A stretch of 64,000 nucleotides of DNA from the human T2T-CHM13v2.0 reference genome, Homo sapiens, in NCBI RefSeq assembly GCF_009914755.1, contig NC_060940.1; one strand, 5' to 3'. Of this stretch, positions 13,801 through 27,596 are shown piece by piece. The stretch's first letter is position 1, and each line of letters begins with the position of its first letter. Under the pieces are notes generated by a model that worked only from the letters and a program-made list of their open reading frames with translations, had not been told where the DNA came from and searched no databases. The translations under genes and the position numbers were made by a program.

Positions 13801-16800
13801 GTCCATTCGATGATTCCATTTGATTCCATATGATGATGATTCCATTCGATTCCATACGATGATGATTCCATTCGAGTCCATTCAATGGTGATTCCATTCA
13901 ATTCCATTCGATGATTCCTTTCGATTCCATTCGATGATGATGGCATTCGATTCCTTTCAATCATTCCCTTTGATTGCATTCAAAGGTGATTTCATTCAAG
14001 TCCATTCGATAATTGCATTCGATTCCATTCTATGATGATTCCATTCGAGTCCATTTGATGATTCCATTCAATTCAAGTCAATGATGATTCCATTCGATTC
14101 CATTCGATGATTCCATTGGATTCCATTCGATGATGATTCCATTCAAATCCATTCGATAATTCAATTCAAGTCCATTCGATGATGATTAAAATCGAATCCA
14201 TTCAAAGATTCCATTCAGTTCCATTCGATGATTCCCTTAGATTCCATTCGATGATTCCACTTGATTTCATTTACGATGATTCCATTCGATTCCATGTGAT
14301 GATTCCATTCAATTCTATTCAATGCTGTTTCCATTTGATTCCATTCGACCATGATTGCCTTTGATTCCATTCAATGACTCCATTCGGTTCCTTTTGATGA
14401 TGATTCCGTTCGATTCCATTTCATTATTCCATTTGATTCCATTGGATGAGTCCATTCGATTACATTCGATGATTATTCCATTCGAGTGCATTAGATGATT
14501 CCATTCGAGTCCATTCGATGATTCCATTCGATTCCATTCGATGTTGATTCTGTTCAAATCCATTCGATGATTCCACTCGATTCCATTCGATGACTCCAGT
14601 TGATCCCATTCGATGATTTCCTTTGATTCCCTTTGATGATCATTCCATTTGATTCAATTCGGTGATTTCATTTGATTCCATTCAGTGATGTTTCCATTCG
14701 ACTCCATTCGATGATGATTCCATTCGACTCCATTGGATTATGATTTCATTCAATTCCATTCGATAATGATTCCCTTCGAGTCCATTCGATGATTCCATTC
14801 GATTCCATTCAACGATGATTTGATTCGTGTCCATTCGATGATTCCATTTGATTCCACTTGATGATGATTCCATTCGAGTCCATTTGATGATTCCATTCAA
14901 TTCCATTCTCCGATGATTTCTTTTGAGCCCATTCAATGCTTCCACTCGATTCCATATGATGATGACTCCATTCGATGAAATTCGATGACGATTCCATTCG
15001 CTTGCATTCGATGATGATTCCACTTGAGTCCATTAGAAGATTCTATTCAATTACATTCCATGACGATTCCGTTCGAGTCCATTTGATGATTCCATTAGAC
15101 TCCATTCGACGATGATTCCATTCGATGTTATTCGATGATTCCATTCGATCTCATTCGATGATGATTCCATTCAACTCCATTCGATGTTTCCATTCGAGTT
15201 CATTCTATTATTCCATTAGATTCCATTCGATGATGATTCCATTCGATTCCATTTGATGATTGCATTCTATTTCATTTGATGATGATTCCATTCGAGTCCA
15301 CTCGATGATTCCATTCGAGTCCATTTAATGAATCCATTGGTTTCAATTCTATGATGATTACATTGGATTCCATTCGTTGATGATTTCATTCGGGTCCATT
15401 CAATGATGATTCAATTCAATTCCTTTCAATGTTTCCATTCAATTCCATACGATGATGATTCCATTTGATTTGATTCGACAGTGAGCCATTCGATTCAATT
15501 CCATGATGATTCTATTTGATTCCATTGGTTGACATTTCCATTCGATTCCATTCGATGATGATTCCCTTTGATTCCATTCAAAGATGATTCCATTCTAGCC
15601 CATTCAATCATTCCATTCGATTCTATTCAATGATGATTCTATTCATGTCGATTTGGTGATTCCATTTGACTTCATTTGATGATGATTCCTTTCAAGTTCA
15701 TTAGATGATTCCATTCGATTCCATTTGATGATGATCCCATTCGAGTCCATTCAGTGATTCCACTCGTTTCCATTCCATGATGATTCCATTCCATTCCATT
15801 CAATGATTCCATTCGATTCCGTTTGATGATGATTTCATTCGAGTCCATTTGATGATTCCATTTGATTCCATTCGATGATGATTCCATTCGAGTCCATTCG
15901 ATGATTCTATTCGAATCCATTTGATGATTTCTTTTGATTATAGTTGGTGATGATTCCATTGGAGTCCATTCAATGATTCCATTTGATTCCAATCGATGGT
16001 GATTCCATTAGAGTCCATTTAATGATTCCATTTGATTCCAGTCTCTGATGATTACATTCGAGTCCATACGATGATTCCACTCAATTCCATATGATGATGA
16101 TTCCATTCGATTCCATTCGATGATTCCATTCTATTCTATTCAATGGTGATTCCATTCGAGTACATTAGATGATTCCATTCGATTCCAATGATGATTCTAT
16201 TTGTGTCCCTTAGATTATTCCACATGATTCCATTAGATGATGATACTATTTGAGCCCATCCAATGATTCCCTTCGATTCCATTCGATGAGGATTCCATTC
16301 GATTCAATTCATTGGTGATTCTATTCAATTCAATTCTTTGATTCCATTCCATTCCATTCGACAATGATTCCATTCGATTTCTTTCGATGATTCCACTCGA
16401 TTCCACTTGACATTGATTCCCTTCGATTCCATTCAATGATTCCATTTGATTCCAGTGGATGATGATTGCCATCGATTCCATTCGATCACTCCATTCTATT
16501 CCATTTGATGATGATTACATTCGATTCCATTTGACGATTCCATCTGATTCTATTCGAGGATTCCATTTGATTCCATTCGATGATGATTCCATTCGAGTCC
16601 ATTCGATGATTTCATTCGAGTACATCCAATGATTCCATTCGAGTCCATTTGATGATTCCATTTGATTCCATTTGATAATGATTCTACTAGAGTCCATTCA
16701 ATGACTCCATTGGAGTCCATTCAACAATTCCATTCGACTCCATTTGATGATTCCATTCGATTCCATTTGATGATTCCATTCGAGTCCATTTAATCATTAC

Positions 16801-16955
16801 AGTCGAGTCCATTTGGTGATTCCACCGGATTTCTTTTGATAATGATACCATTCAATTACATTTGATGATGATCCCATTCAATTTCATTTGATGATGATTC
16901 CATTAGAGTCCATTCGATGATTTCATTCGAGTCCCTTCACTGATTCCATCCGATT
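10861..16955 (+). repeat. Higher-order unit U3, 6095 bp (13-bp and 4-bp deletions), haplotype B
   Basis: Offsets to U2 go 6089 (7058/13147), 6076 (7679/13755) and 6072 (10161/16233). B markers GATTAAAATCG, GACTCCAGTTG and TTATAGTTGG are present. Confidence 0.88.
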
Positions 16956-19900
16956 TCATTGGATGATGACTCCATTCGAGTCCATTCGATGATTCCACTC
17001 GATTCCATTCGATGATGATTCCCTTAGATTCCATTCGATGATTCCACTTGATTCCATTTACGATGATTCCATTCGATTCCATGTGATGAATCCATTCAAT
17101 TCTATTCAATGATGTTTCCATTTGATTCCATTGGACCATGATTGCCTTTGATTCCATTCAATGATTCCATTCGGTTCCATTTGATGATGATTCCGTTCGA
17201 TTCCATTTGATGATTCCATTTGATTCCATTGGATGAGTCCATTCGATTACATTCGATGATTATTCCATTCGAGTGCATTAGATGATTGCATTCGAGTCCA
17301 TTCGATGATTCCATTCGATTCCATTCGATGTTGATTCTGTTCAAATCCATTCGATGATTCCACTCGATTCCATTCGATGACTCCATTTGATCCCATTCGA
17401 TGATTTCCTGTGATTCCCTTTGATGATCATTCTATTTGATTCAATTCGGTGATTTCATTTCATTCCATTCAGTGATGTTTCCATTCGACTGTATTCGATG
17501 ATGATTCCATTCGACTCCATTCGATTATGATTTCATTCAATTCCATTCAATAATGATTCCCTTCGAGTCCATTCGATGATTCCATTCGATTCCATTCAAC
17601 GATGATTTGATTCGTTTCCATTCGATGATTCCATTTGATTCCACTTGATGATGATTCCATTCGAGTCTATTTATGTATTATATTCGTGTCCACTTCATGA
17701 TTCCATTCAATTCCATTTAATGTTGATTCCATTTGATTCCATTTGATGATTCAGTTCGATTCCTTGCAATGATTCCCTACGATTCCTTTCTCTGATGATT
17801 CCATTAGATTCCATTCATTGATGATTTCATTCGACTCCATTCGATGATGATTCCTTTCGATTCCATTCGATGATGATTGGATTCGATTCCATTTGATTCC
17901 ATTCGATAATGATTTCGATCAATTCCATTCGATGATTCCATTCGATTCCATTCGATAATGATTACATCCGAGTCCATTCGATGATTCCATTTGAGCCCGT
18001 TCGATAATTCCATTTGAGTCCAATCAATGATTCCATTCATTTCCATTCAATGATTCCATTCGAGTCCATTTGATCATTCCGGTAGGGTCCGTTCGATGTT
18101 GATTCCATTGGAGTGCATTCGATGATTCCATTCGAGTCCATTTTAGGATTTGATTCGAGTCCTTTCGATGATTCCATTCGATTCCACTCGATGATTTCAT
18201 TCGAGTCCATTCGACACTTCCAATCGATTCCATTTGATGTTTCCATTCGATTCCAATTGATGATTCCATTCAATTCCATTCGATGATGATTCCGTACGAT
18301 TCCATTCTGTGATGATTCCATGTGATTGCAATCAATGATGATTCCTTTCGATTGCATTCGATTATGATTCATTTCGTGTTCATTCTATGGTTCCACAGGT
18401 TTCCATTCGATGATGTTTCCATTCGTTTCCATTCCATTATTAGATTCTATTCCATTTGAAGATGATTCCATTCGATTCCATTCATTGGTGATTCCACTCA
18501 ATTCCATTCAATGATTCCATTCCATTTCTTTCAACAATGATTCCATTAGTTTCTAATCGATGATCCACTTGATTCCATTTGACGATGATTCCATTCGTGT
18601 CTTTTCGATGATTCCATGTGATTCCATATGATGATGATTCCATTCGATTCCATACGATGATGATTCCATTCGAGTCCATTCAATGGTGATTCCATTCAAT
18701 TCCATTCGATGATTCCTTTCGATTCCATTCAATGATGATGGCATTCGATTCCTTTCGATCATTCCCTTTGATTCCATTCAAATGTGATTTCATTCAAGTC
18801 CATTCGATAATTGCATTCGATTCCATTCTATGATGATTCCATTCGAGTCCATTTGATGATTCCATTCAATTCAAGTCAATGATGATTCCATTCGATTCCA
18901 CTCGATGATTCCATTGGATTCCATTCGATGATGATTCCATTCAAATCCATTCGATAATTCAATTCAAGTCCATTCGATGATGATTCCAATCGAATCCATT
19001 CAAAGATTCCACTCAATTCCATTCGATGATGATTCCCTTAGATTCCATTCGATGATTCCACTTGATTCCATTTACGATGATTCCATTCGATTCCATGTGA
19101 TGATTCCATTCAATTCTATTCAATGATGTTTCCACTTGATTCCATTCGAACATGATTGCCTTTGATTCCATTCAATGATTCCATACGGTTCCATTTGATG
19201 ATGATTCCATTCGAGTGCATTAGATGATTCCATTCGAGTCCATTCGATGATTCCATTCGATTCCATTCGATGTTGATTCTGTTCAAATCCATTCGATGAT
19301 TCCACTCGATTCCATTCGATGACTCCATTTGATCCCATTCGATGATTTCCTTTGATTCCCTTTGATGATCATTCCATTTGATTCAATTCGGTGATTTCAT
19401 TTGATTCCATTCAGTGATGTTTCCATTCAACTCCTTTCGATGATGATTCCATTCGACTCCATTCGATTATGATTTCATTCAATTCCATTCGATAATGATT
19501 CCCTTCAAGTCCATTCGATGATTCCATTCGATTCCATTCAACGATGATTTGATTCGTGTCCATTCGATGATTCCATTTGATTCCATTTGATGATGATTCC
19601 ATTCGAGTCCCTTTCATGATTCCATTCAATTCCATTCTCCGATGATTTCTTTTGAGCCCATTCAATGCTTCCACTCGATTCCATATGATGATGACTCCAT
19701 TTGATGAAATTCCATGATGATTCCATTCGCTTGCATTCGATGATGATTCCACTTGAGTCCGTTAGAAGATTCTATTCAATTACATTCCATGACGATTCTG
19801 TTGGAGTCCATTTGATGATTCCATTAGACTCCATTCGACGATGATTCCATTCGATGTTATTCGATGATGATTCCATTCAACTCCATTCGATGTTTCCATT

Positions 19901-21485
19901 CGAGTTCATTCTATTATTCCATTAGATTCCATTCGATGATGATTCCATTCGATTCCATTTGATGATTGCATTCTATTTCATTTGATGATGATTCCATTCG
20001 AGTCCATTCGATGATTCCATTCGAGTCCATTTAATGAATCCATTGGTTTCAATTCTATGATGATTACATTGGATTCCATACGTTGATGACTTCATTCGAT
20101 TCCATTCAATGATGATTCCATTCAATTCCATTCAATGATTCCATTCAATTCCATACGATGATGATTCCATTTGATTTGATTCGACAGTGAGCCATTCGAT
20201 TCAATTCCATGATGATTCTATTTGATTCAATTGGTTGACATTTCCATTCGATTCCATTCGATGATGATTACATTTGATTCCATTCAAAGATGATTCCATT
20301 CTAGCCCATTCAATCATTCCATTCGATTCTATTCAATGATGATTCCATTCATGTCGATTTGGTGATTCCATTTGACTTCATTTGATGATGATTCCTTTCA
20401 AGTTCATTAGAAGATTCCATTCGATTCCATTTGATGATGATCCCATTCGAGTCCATTCAGTGATTCCACTCGTTTCCATTCCATGATGATTCCATTCCAT
20501 TCCATTCAATGATTCCATTCGATTCCGTTTGATGATGATTTCATTCGAGTCCATTTGATGATTCCATTTGATTCCATTCGATGATGATTACATTCGAGTC
20601 CATACGATGATTCCACTCAATTCCATATGATGATGATTCCATTCGATTCCATTCGATGATTCCATTCTATTCTATTCAATGGTGATTCCATTCGAGTACA
20701 TTAGATGATTCCATTCGATTCCATTCAATGATGATTCTATTTGTGTCCCTTAGATGGTTCCACATGATTCCATTTCATGATGATATTATTTGAGCCCATC
20801 CAATGATTCCCTTCGATTCTATTCGATGAGGATTCCATTCGATTCAATTCATTGGTGATTCTATTCAATTCAATTCTTTGATTCCATTCCATTCCATTCG
20901 ACAATGATTCCATTCGATTTCTTTCGATGATTCCACTCGATTCCACTTGACATTGATTCCATTCGATTCCATTCAATGATTCCGTTTGATTCCAGTGGAT
21001 GATGATTGCCATCGATTCCATTCGATCACTCCATTCTATTCCATTTGATGATGATTACATTCGATTCCATTTGATGATTCCATCTGATTCTATTCGAGGA
21101 TTCCATTTGATTCCATTCGATGATGATTCCATTCGAGTGCATTCGATGATTTCATTCGAGTACATCCAATGATTCCATTCGAGTCCATTTGATGATTCCA
21201 TTTAATTCCATTTGATTATGATTCTACTAGAGTCCATTCAATGACTCCATTCGAGTCCATTCAACAATTCCATTCGAGGCCATTCGATGATTCCATTTCA
21301 TGATTCCATTCGAGTCCATTTAATCATTACAGTCGAGTCCATTTGGTGATTCCACTGGATTTCTTTTGATAATGATACCATTCAATTACATTTGATGATG
21401 ATCCCATTCAATTTCATTTGATGGTGATTCCATTAGAGTCCATTCGATGATTTCATTCGAGTCCCTTCATTGATTCCATCCGATT
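16956..21485 (+). repeat. Higher-order unit U4, 4530 bp, rearranged chimeric unit
   Basis: Segment order departs from the standard unit, with a jump at ~17010, a foreign tract at ~17668-17860 and re-entry at the GATGATTGGATTCG landmark. It also has several internal indels. Confidence 0.82.
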
Positions 21486-24400
21486 TCATTTGATGATGAC
21501 TCCATTCGAGTCCATTCGATGATTCCACTCGATTCCTTTAGATGATTTCATTGGAGTCCATTTGATTGTTCCATTCGATTCTATTCGATTCCTTTCGAAG
21601 ATTATTCCGTTTGAGTCCATTCGATGATGATTCCATTCCATTCCATTCGATGATTCCGTTTGATTCCATTCGATGATTCCCTTCGATTCCTTTCTTTGAT
21701 GATTCCATTCCATTCCATTCAATGATTCCATTCGAATCTATTCCATGATGATTCCTTTCGATTCCATTCGCTGATGTTTCCGTTCAATTCCATTCGATGA
21801 TGATTCCATTCGATTCCATTCATTGAGGATTCCATTTGATTCCATTCAATGATGATTCCATTCTATTCCATTCAATGATTGCATTCAATTCCATTCAATG
21901 ATTATCCCATTAGAGTAAACTCAACGATTCCATTCAATACCATTCGATGATGATTCCTTTTGAGTCCATTCAATGATTTCATTCAAGTCCATTTGATGAT
22001 TCCTTTCAATTCCATTCTATGATGATTCCATTCGAGTCCATTCGATGATTCCATTCGATTGCATTCGATGATTCCATTATATTCCATTCAACAATGATTC
22101 CATTCGAGTCCATTCCATGATTCCATTAGAGTACATTTAATGATTGCTTTGTTTTCAATTCGAAGATGATTACATTGGATTCCATTCTATGATACCATTC
22201 GATTCCATTCAATGATGATTCCACTCAAATCCATTGGATGATTCCATTCGTGTCCATTCGGTGATTTCATTAGATTCCATTCGAGGATGATTCCATTCGA
22301 TTCCATTCGATGATTCCATTCAATTCCATTCGATGATGATTCCATTCCAGTCCATATGATCATTCCATTTGATTTCATTCGATGATGATTCCATTCGATT
22401 CCATTCGATGATTCCATTCTATTCCATTCGATGATGATTCCATTCGAGTCCATTCGATGATTCCATTCGAGTCCATTTAATGATTCCATTGGGTTCAATT
22501 CAATGATGATTACATTGGATTCCGTTCTATGATTCCATTCAATTCCGTTCATTGACAATTTGATTCCATTCGATGATGATTCCATTTGAGTTCATTCGAT
22601 GATTCTATTCGATTCTCTTCGATGGTGATTCAATTCTATTATATTGGATGATTCCATTCGATTCCATTTGATGTTGATTCAATTCGATTCTATTCGATGA
22701 TGATTCCATTGGATTTCACTTGATGATTCTATTCGATTCCATTCAATGATGATTCACTTCTCGTCCATTGGATGATTCCATTTCATTCCATTCGATGATG
22801 ATTCCATTCGATTCCATTCGATGATTCCATTTGATTCCATGCGACGGTGAGCAATTCGATTCAATTCCATGATGATTCTATTTGATTCAATTAGATGATG
22901 TTTCCATTCGAATCCATTCCATGATTATTCCATTGGAATCCATTCGGCGATGATTCCATATGAGTCAATTCAATGATGATTCCATATGGGTCCGTTCGAT
23001 GATAATTCCATTTGATTTCATTCGATGCTTCTATTCAATTCCAGTCGATGATGATTCCGTTGGAGTCCATACGATGATTCCATTTGATTTCATTTGATGA
23101 TGATTCCATTCGATGATGATTACATTGGATTCCATTCTATGATTCCATTCAATTCCATTCGTTGATGATTCGATTCCATTCAATGATGATTCCATTTGAG
23201 TTCATTCGATGATTCTATTCGATTCCGTTCGATGGTGATTCAATTCTCTTATATTGGATGATTCCACTCGATTCCATTTGATGATAATTCCATTGGAGTC
23301 CACTTAGTGAATCCTTTAGATTCTACTCGAAGATGATTCCATTCGAGTCCATTCGATGATACCATTCAATTCCATTCGTTGATGCTTCCATTCAAGTGCA
23401 TTCGATGATATCATTCGGTTCCATTTGATGATAATTCCATTTGATACCATGCGATGATTCTATTCGATTCCATTCAATGATAATTCCATTCAATTCAGTG
23501 ATTCCTCTGGACTCCATTTGATGATGATTCCATTCAATGATTCCATTCGATTCTATTCCAAAATGATTCCATTTGAATCCATTTGATGATGATTCCATTA
23601 GATTCCATTTGATGATTCCATTCGATTCCATTTGACGATGATTCCATTCGATTCCATTTGATGATTCCATTCTATTCTATTCGATGATGATTCCATTCGA
23701 TTCCATTCGATGATGATTGGATTCGATTCCATTTGATGATTTCATTTGATTCCATTCGTTAATGATTTCGATCAATTCCATTCGATGATTCCATTCGATT
23801 CGATTCGATAATGATTACATCCGAGTCCATTCGGTGATTCCATTTGAGCCTGTTCGATAATTCCATTTGAGTCCAACCAATGATTCCATTCATTTCCATT
23901 CAATGATTCCGTTCGAGTCCATTTGATCATTCCGGTATTGTCCATTCGATGTTGATTCCATTGGAGTGCATTCGATGATTCCATTCGAGTCCATTTTATG
24001 ATTTGATTCGAGTCCTTTCGATGATTCCATTCGATTCCACTCGATGATGATTTCATTCGAGTCCATTCGACACTTCCAATCGATTCCATTTGATGTTTCC
24101 ATTCGAGTCCAATTGATGATTCCATTCAATTCCATTCGATGATGATTCCGTACGATTCCATTCTGTGATGATTCCATGTGATTGCATTCAATGATGATTC
24201 CTTTCGATTGCATTCGATTATGATTCATTTCGTGTTCATTCTATGGTTCCACAGGTTTCCATTCGTGTCCATTCCATTATTCCATTCTATTCCATTTGAT
24301 GATGATTCCATTCGATTCCATTCATTGGTGATTCCACTCAATTCCATTCAATGATTCCATTCCATTTCTTTCAACAATGATTCCATTAGTTTCTAATCGA

Positions 24401-27400
24401 TGATCCACTTAATTCCATTTGACGACGATTCCATTCTTGTCCATTCGATGATTCCATTTGATTGCATATGATGATGATTCCATTCGATTCCATACGATGA
24501 TGATTCCATTCGAGTCCATTCAATGGTGATTCCATTCAATTCCATTCGATGATTCCTTTCGATTCCATTCGATGATGATGGCATTCGATTCTTTCAATCA
24601 TTCCCTTTGATTCCATTCAAAGGTGATTTCATTCAAGTCCATTCGATAATTGCATTCGATTCCATTCTATGATGATTCCATTCGAGTCCATTTGATGATT
24701 CCATTCAATTCAAGTCAATGATGATTCCATTCGATTCCATTCGATGATTCCATTGGATTCCATTCGATGATGATTCCATTCAAATCCATTCGATAATTCA
24801 ATTCAAGTCCATTCGATGATGATTAAAATCGAATCCATTCAAAGATTCCATTCAGTTCCATTCGATGATTCCCTTAGATTCCATTCGATGATTCCACTTG
24901 ATTCCATTTACGATGATTCCATTCGATTCCATGTGATGATTCCATTCAATTCTATTCAATGCTGTTTCCATTTGATTCCATTCGACCATGATTGCCTTTG
25001 ATTCCATTCAATGACTCCATTCGGTTCCTTTTGATGATGATTCCGTTCGATTCCATTTCATTATTCCATTTGATTCCATTGGATGAGTCCATTCGATTAC
25101 ATTCGATGATTATTCCATTCGAGTGCATTAGATGATTCCATTCGAGTCCATTCGATGATTCCATTCGATTCCATTCGATGTTGATTCTGTTCAAATCCAT
25201 TCGATGATTCCACTCGATTCCATTCGATGACTCCAGTTGATCCCATTCGATGATTTCCTTTGATTCCCTTTGATGATCATTCCATTTGATTCAATTCGGT
25301 GATTTCATTTGATTCCATTCAGTGATGTTTCCATTCGACTCCATTCGATGATGATTCCATTCGACTCCATTCGATTATGATTTCATTCAATTCCATTCGA
25401 TAATGATTCCCTTCGAGTCCATTCGATGATTCCATTCGATTCCATTCAACGATGATTTGATTCGTGTCCATTCGATGATTCCATTTGATTCCACTTGATG
25501 ATGATTCCATTCGAGTCCATTTGATGATTCCATTCAATTCCATTCTCCGATGATTTCTTTTGAGCCCACTCAATGCTTCCACTCGATTCCATATGATGAT
25601 GACTCCATTCGATGAAATTCGATGATGATTCCATTCGCTTGCATTCGATGATGATTCCACTTGAGTCCCTTAGAAGATTCTATTCAATTACATTCCATGA
25701 CGATTCCGTTCGAGTCCAATTGATGATTCCATTAGACTCCATTTGACGATGATTCCATTCGATGTTATTCGATGATTCCATTCGATCTCATTCGATGATG
25801 ATTCCATTCAACTCCATTCGATGTTTCCATTCGAGTTCATTCTATTATTCCATTAGATTCCATTCGATGATGATTCCATTCGATTCCATTTGATGATTGC
25901 ATTCTATTTCATTTGATGATGATTCCATTCGAGTCCACTCGATGATTCCATTCGAGTCCATTTAATGAATCCATTGGTTTCAATTCTATGATGATTACAT
26001 TGGATTCCATTCGTTGATGATTTCATTCGGTTCCATTCAATGATGATTCCATTCAATTCCTTTCAATGTTTCCATTCAATTCCATACGATGATGATTCCA
26101 TTTGATTTGATTCGACAGTGAGCCATTCGATTCAATTCCATGATGATTCTATTTGATTCCATTGGTTGACATTTCCATTCGATTCCATTCGATGATGATT
26201 CCCTTTGATTCCATTCAAAGATGATTCCATTCTAGCCCATTCAATCATTCCATTCGATTCTATTCAATGATGATTCCATTCATGTCGATTTGGTGATTCC
26301 ATTTGACTTCATTTGATGATGATTCCTTTCAAGTTCATTAGATGATTCCATTCGATTCCATTTGATGATGATCCCATTCGAGTCCATTCAGTGATTCCAC
26401 TCGTTTCCATTCCATGGTGATTCCATTCCATTCCATTCAATGATTCCATTCGATTCCGTTTGATGATGATTTCATTCGAGTCCATTTGATGATTCCATTT
26501 GATTCCATTCGATGATGATTCCATTCGAGTCCATTCGATGATTCTATTCGAATCCATTTGATGATTTCTTTTGATTATAGTTGGTGATGATTCCATTGGA
26601 GTCCATTCAATGATTCCATTCGATTCCAATCGATGGTGATTCCATTAGAGTCCATTTAACGATTCCATTTGATTCCAGTCTCTGATGATTACATTCGAGT
26701 CCATACGACGATTCCACTCAATTCCATATGATGATGATTCCATTCGATTCCATTCGATGATTCCATTCTATTCTATTCAATGGTGATTCCGTTCGAGTAC
26801 ATTAGATGATTCCATTCGATTCCATTCAATGATGATTCTATTTGTGTCCCTTAGATGATTCCACATGATTCCATTAGATGATGATACTATTTGAGCCCAT
26901 CCAATGATTCCCTTCGATTCCATTCGATGAGGATTCCATTCGATTCAATTCATTGGTGATTCTATTCAATTCAATTCTTTGATTCCATTCCATTCCATTC
27001 GACAATGATTCCATTCGATTTCTTTCGATGATTCCACTCGATTCCACTTGACATTGATTCCCTTCGATTCCATTCAATGATTCCATTTGATTCCAGTGGA
27101 TGATGATTGCCATCGATTCCATTCGATCACTCCATTCTATTCCATTTGATGATGATTACATTCGATTCCATTTGACGATTCCATCTGATTCTATTCGAGG
27201 ATTCCATTTGATTCCATTCGATGATGATTCCATTCGAGTCCATTCGATGATTTCATTCGAGTACATCCAATGATTCCATTCGAGTCCATTTGATGATTCC
27301 ATTTGATTCCATTTGATAATGATTCTACTAGAGTCCATTCAATGACTCCATTCGAGTCCATTCAACAATTCCATTCGACTCCATTTGATGATTCCATTCG

Positions 27401-27596
27401 ATTCCATTTGATGATTCCATTCGAGTCCATTTAATCATTACAGTCGAGTCCATTTGGTGATTCCACCGGATTTCTTTTGATAATGATACCATTCAATTAC
27501 ATTTGATGATGATCCCATTCAATTTCATTTGATGGTGATTCCATTAGAGTCCATTCGATGATTTCATTCGAGTCCCTTCATTGATTCCATCCGATT
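21486..27596 (+). repeat. Higher-order unit U5, 6111 bp, haplotype B
   Basis: Landmarks at 21486 and 27597, with a 1-bp loss near 24590 (GATTCTTTCAATC versus GATTCCTTTCAATC). Confidence 0.9.

Noticed and set aside
17665-17865. Transposon insertion as the source of the foreign tract
   Set aside because: No poly(A), target-site duplication, terminal repeats or Alu/L1 similarity, and the tract retains satellite grammar.
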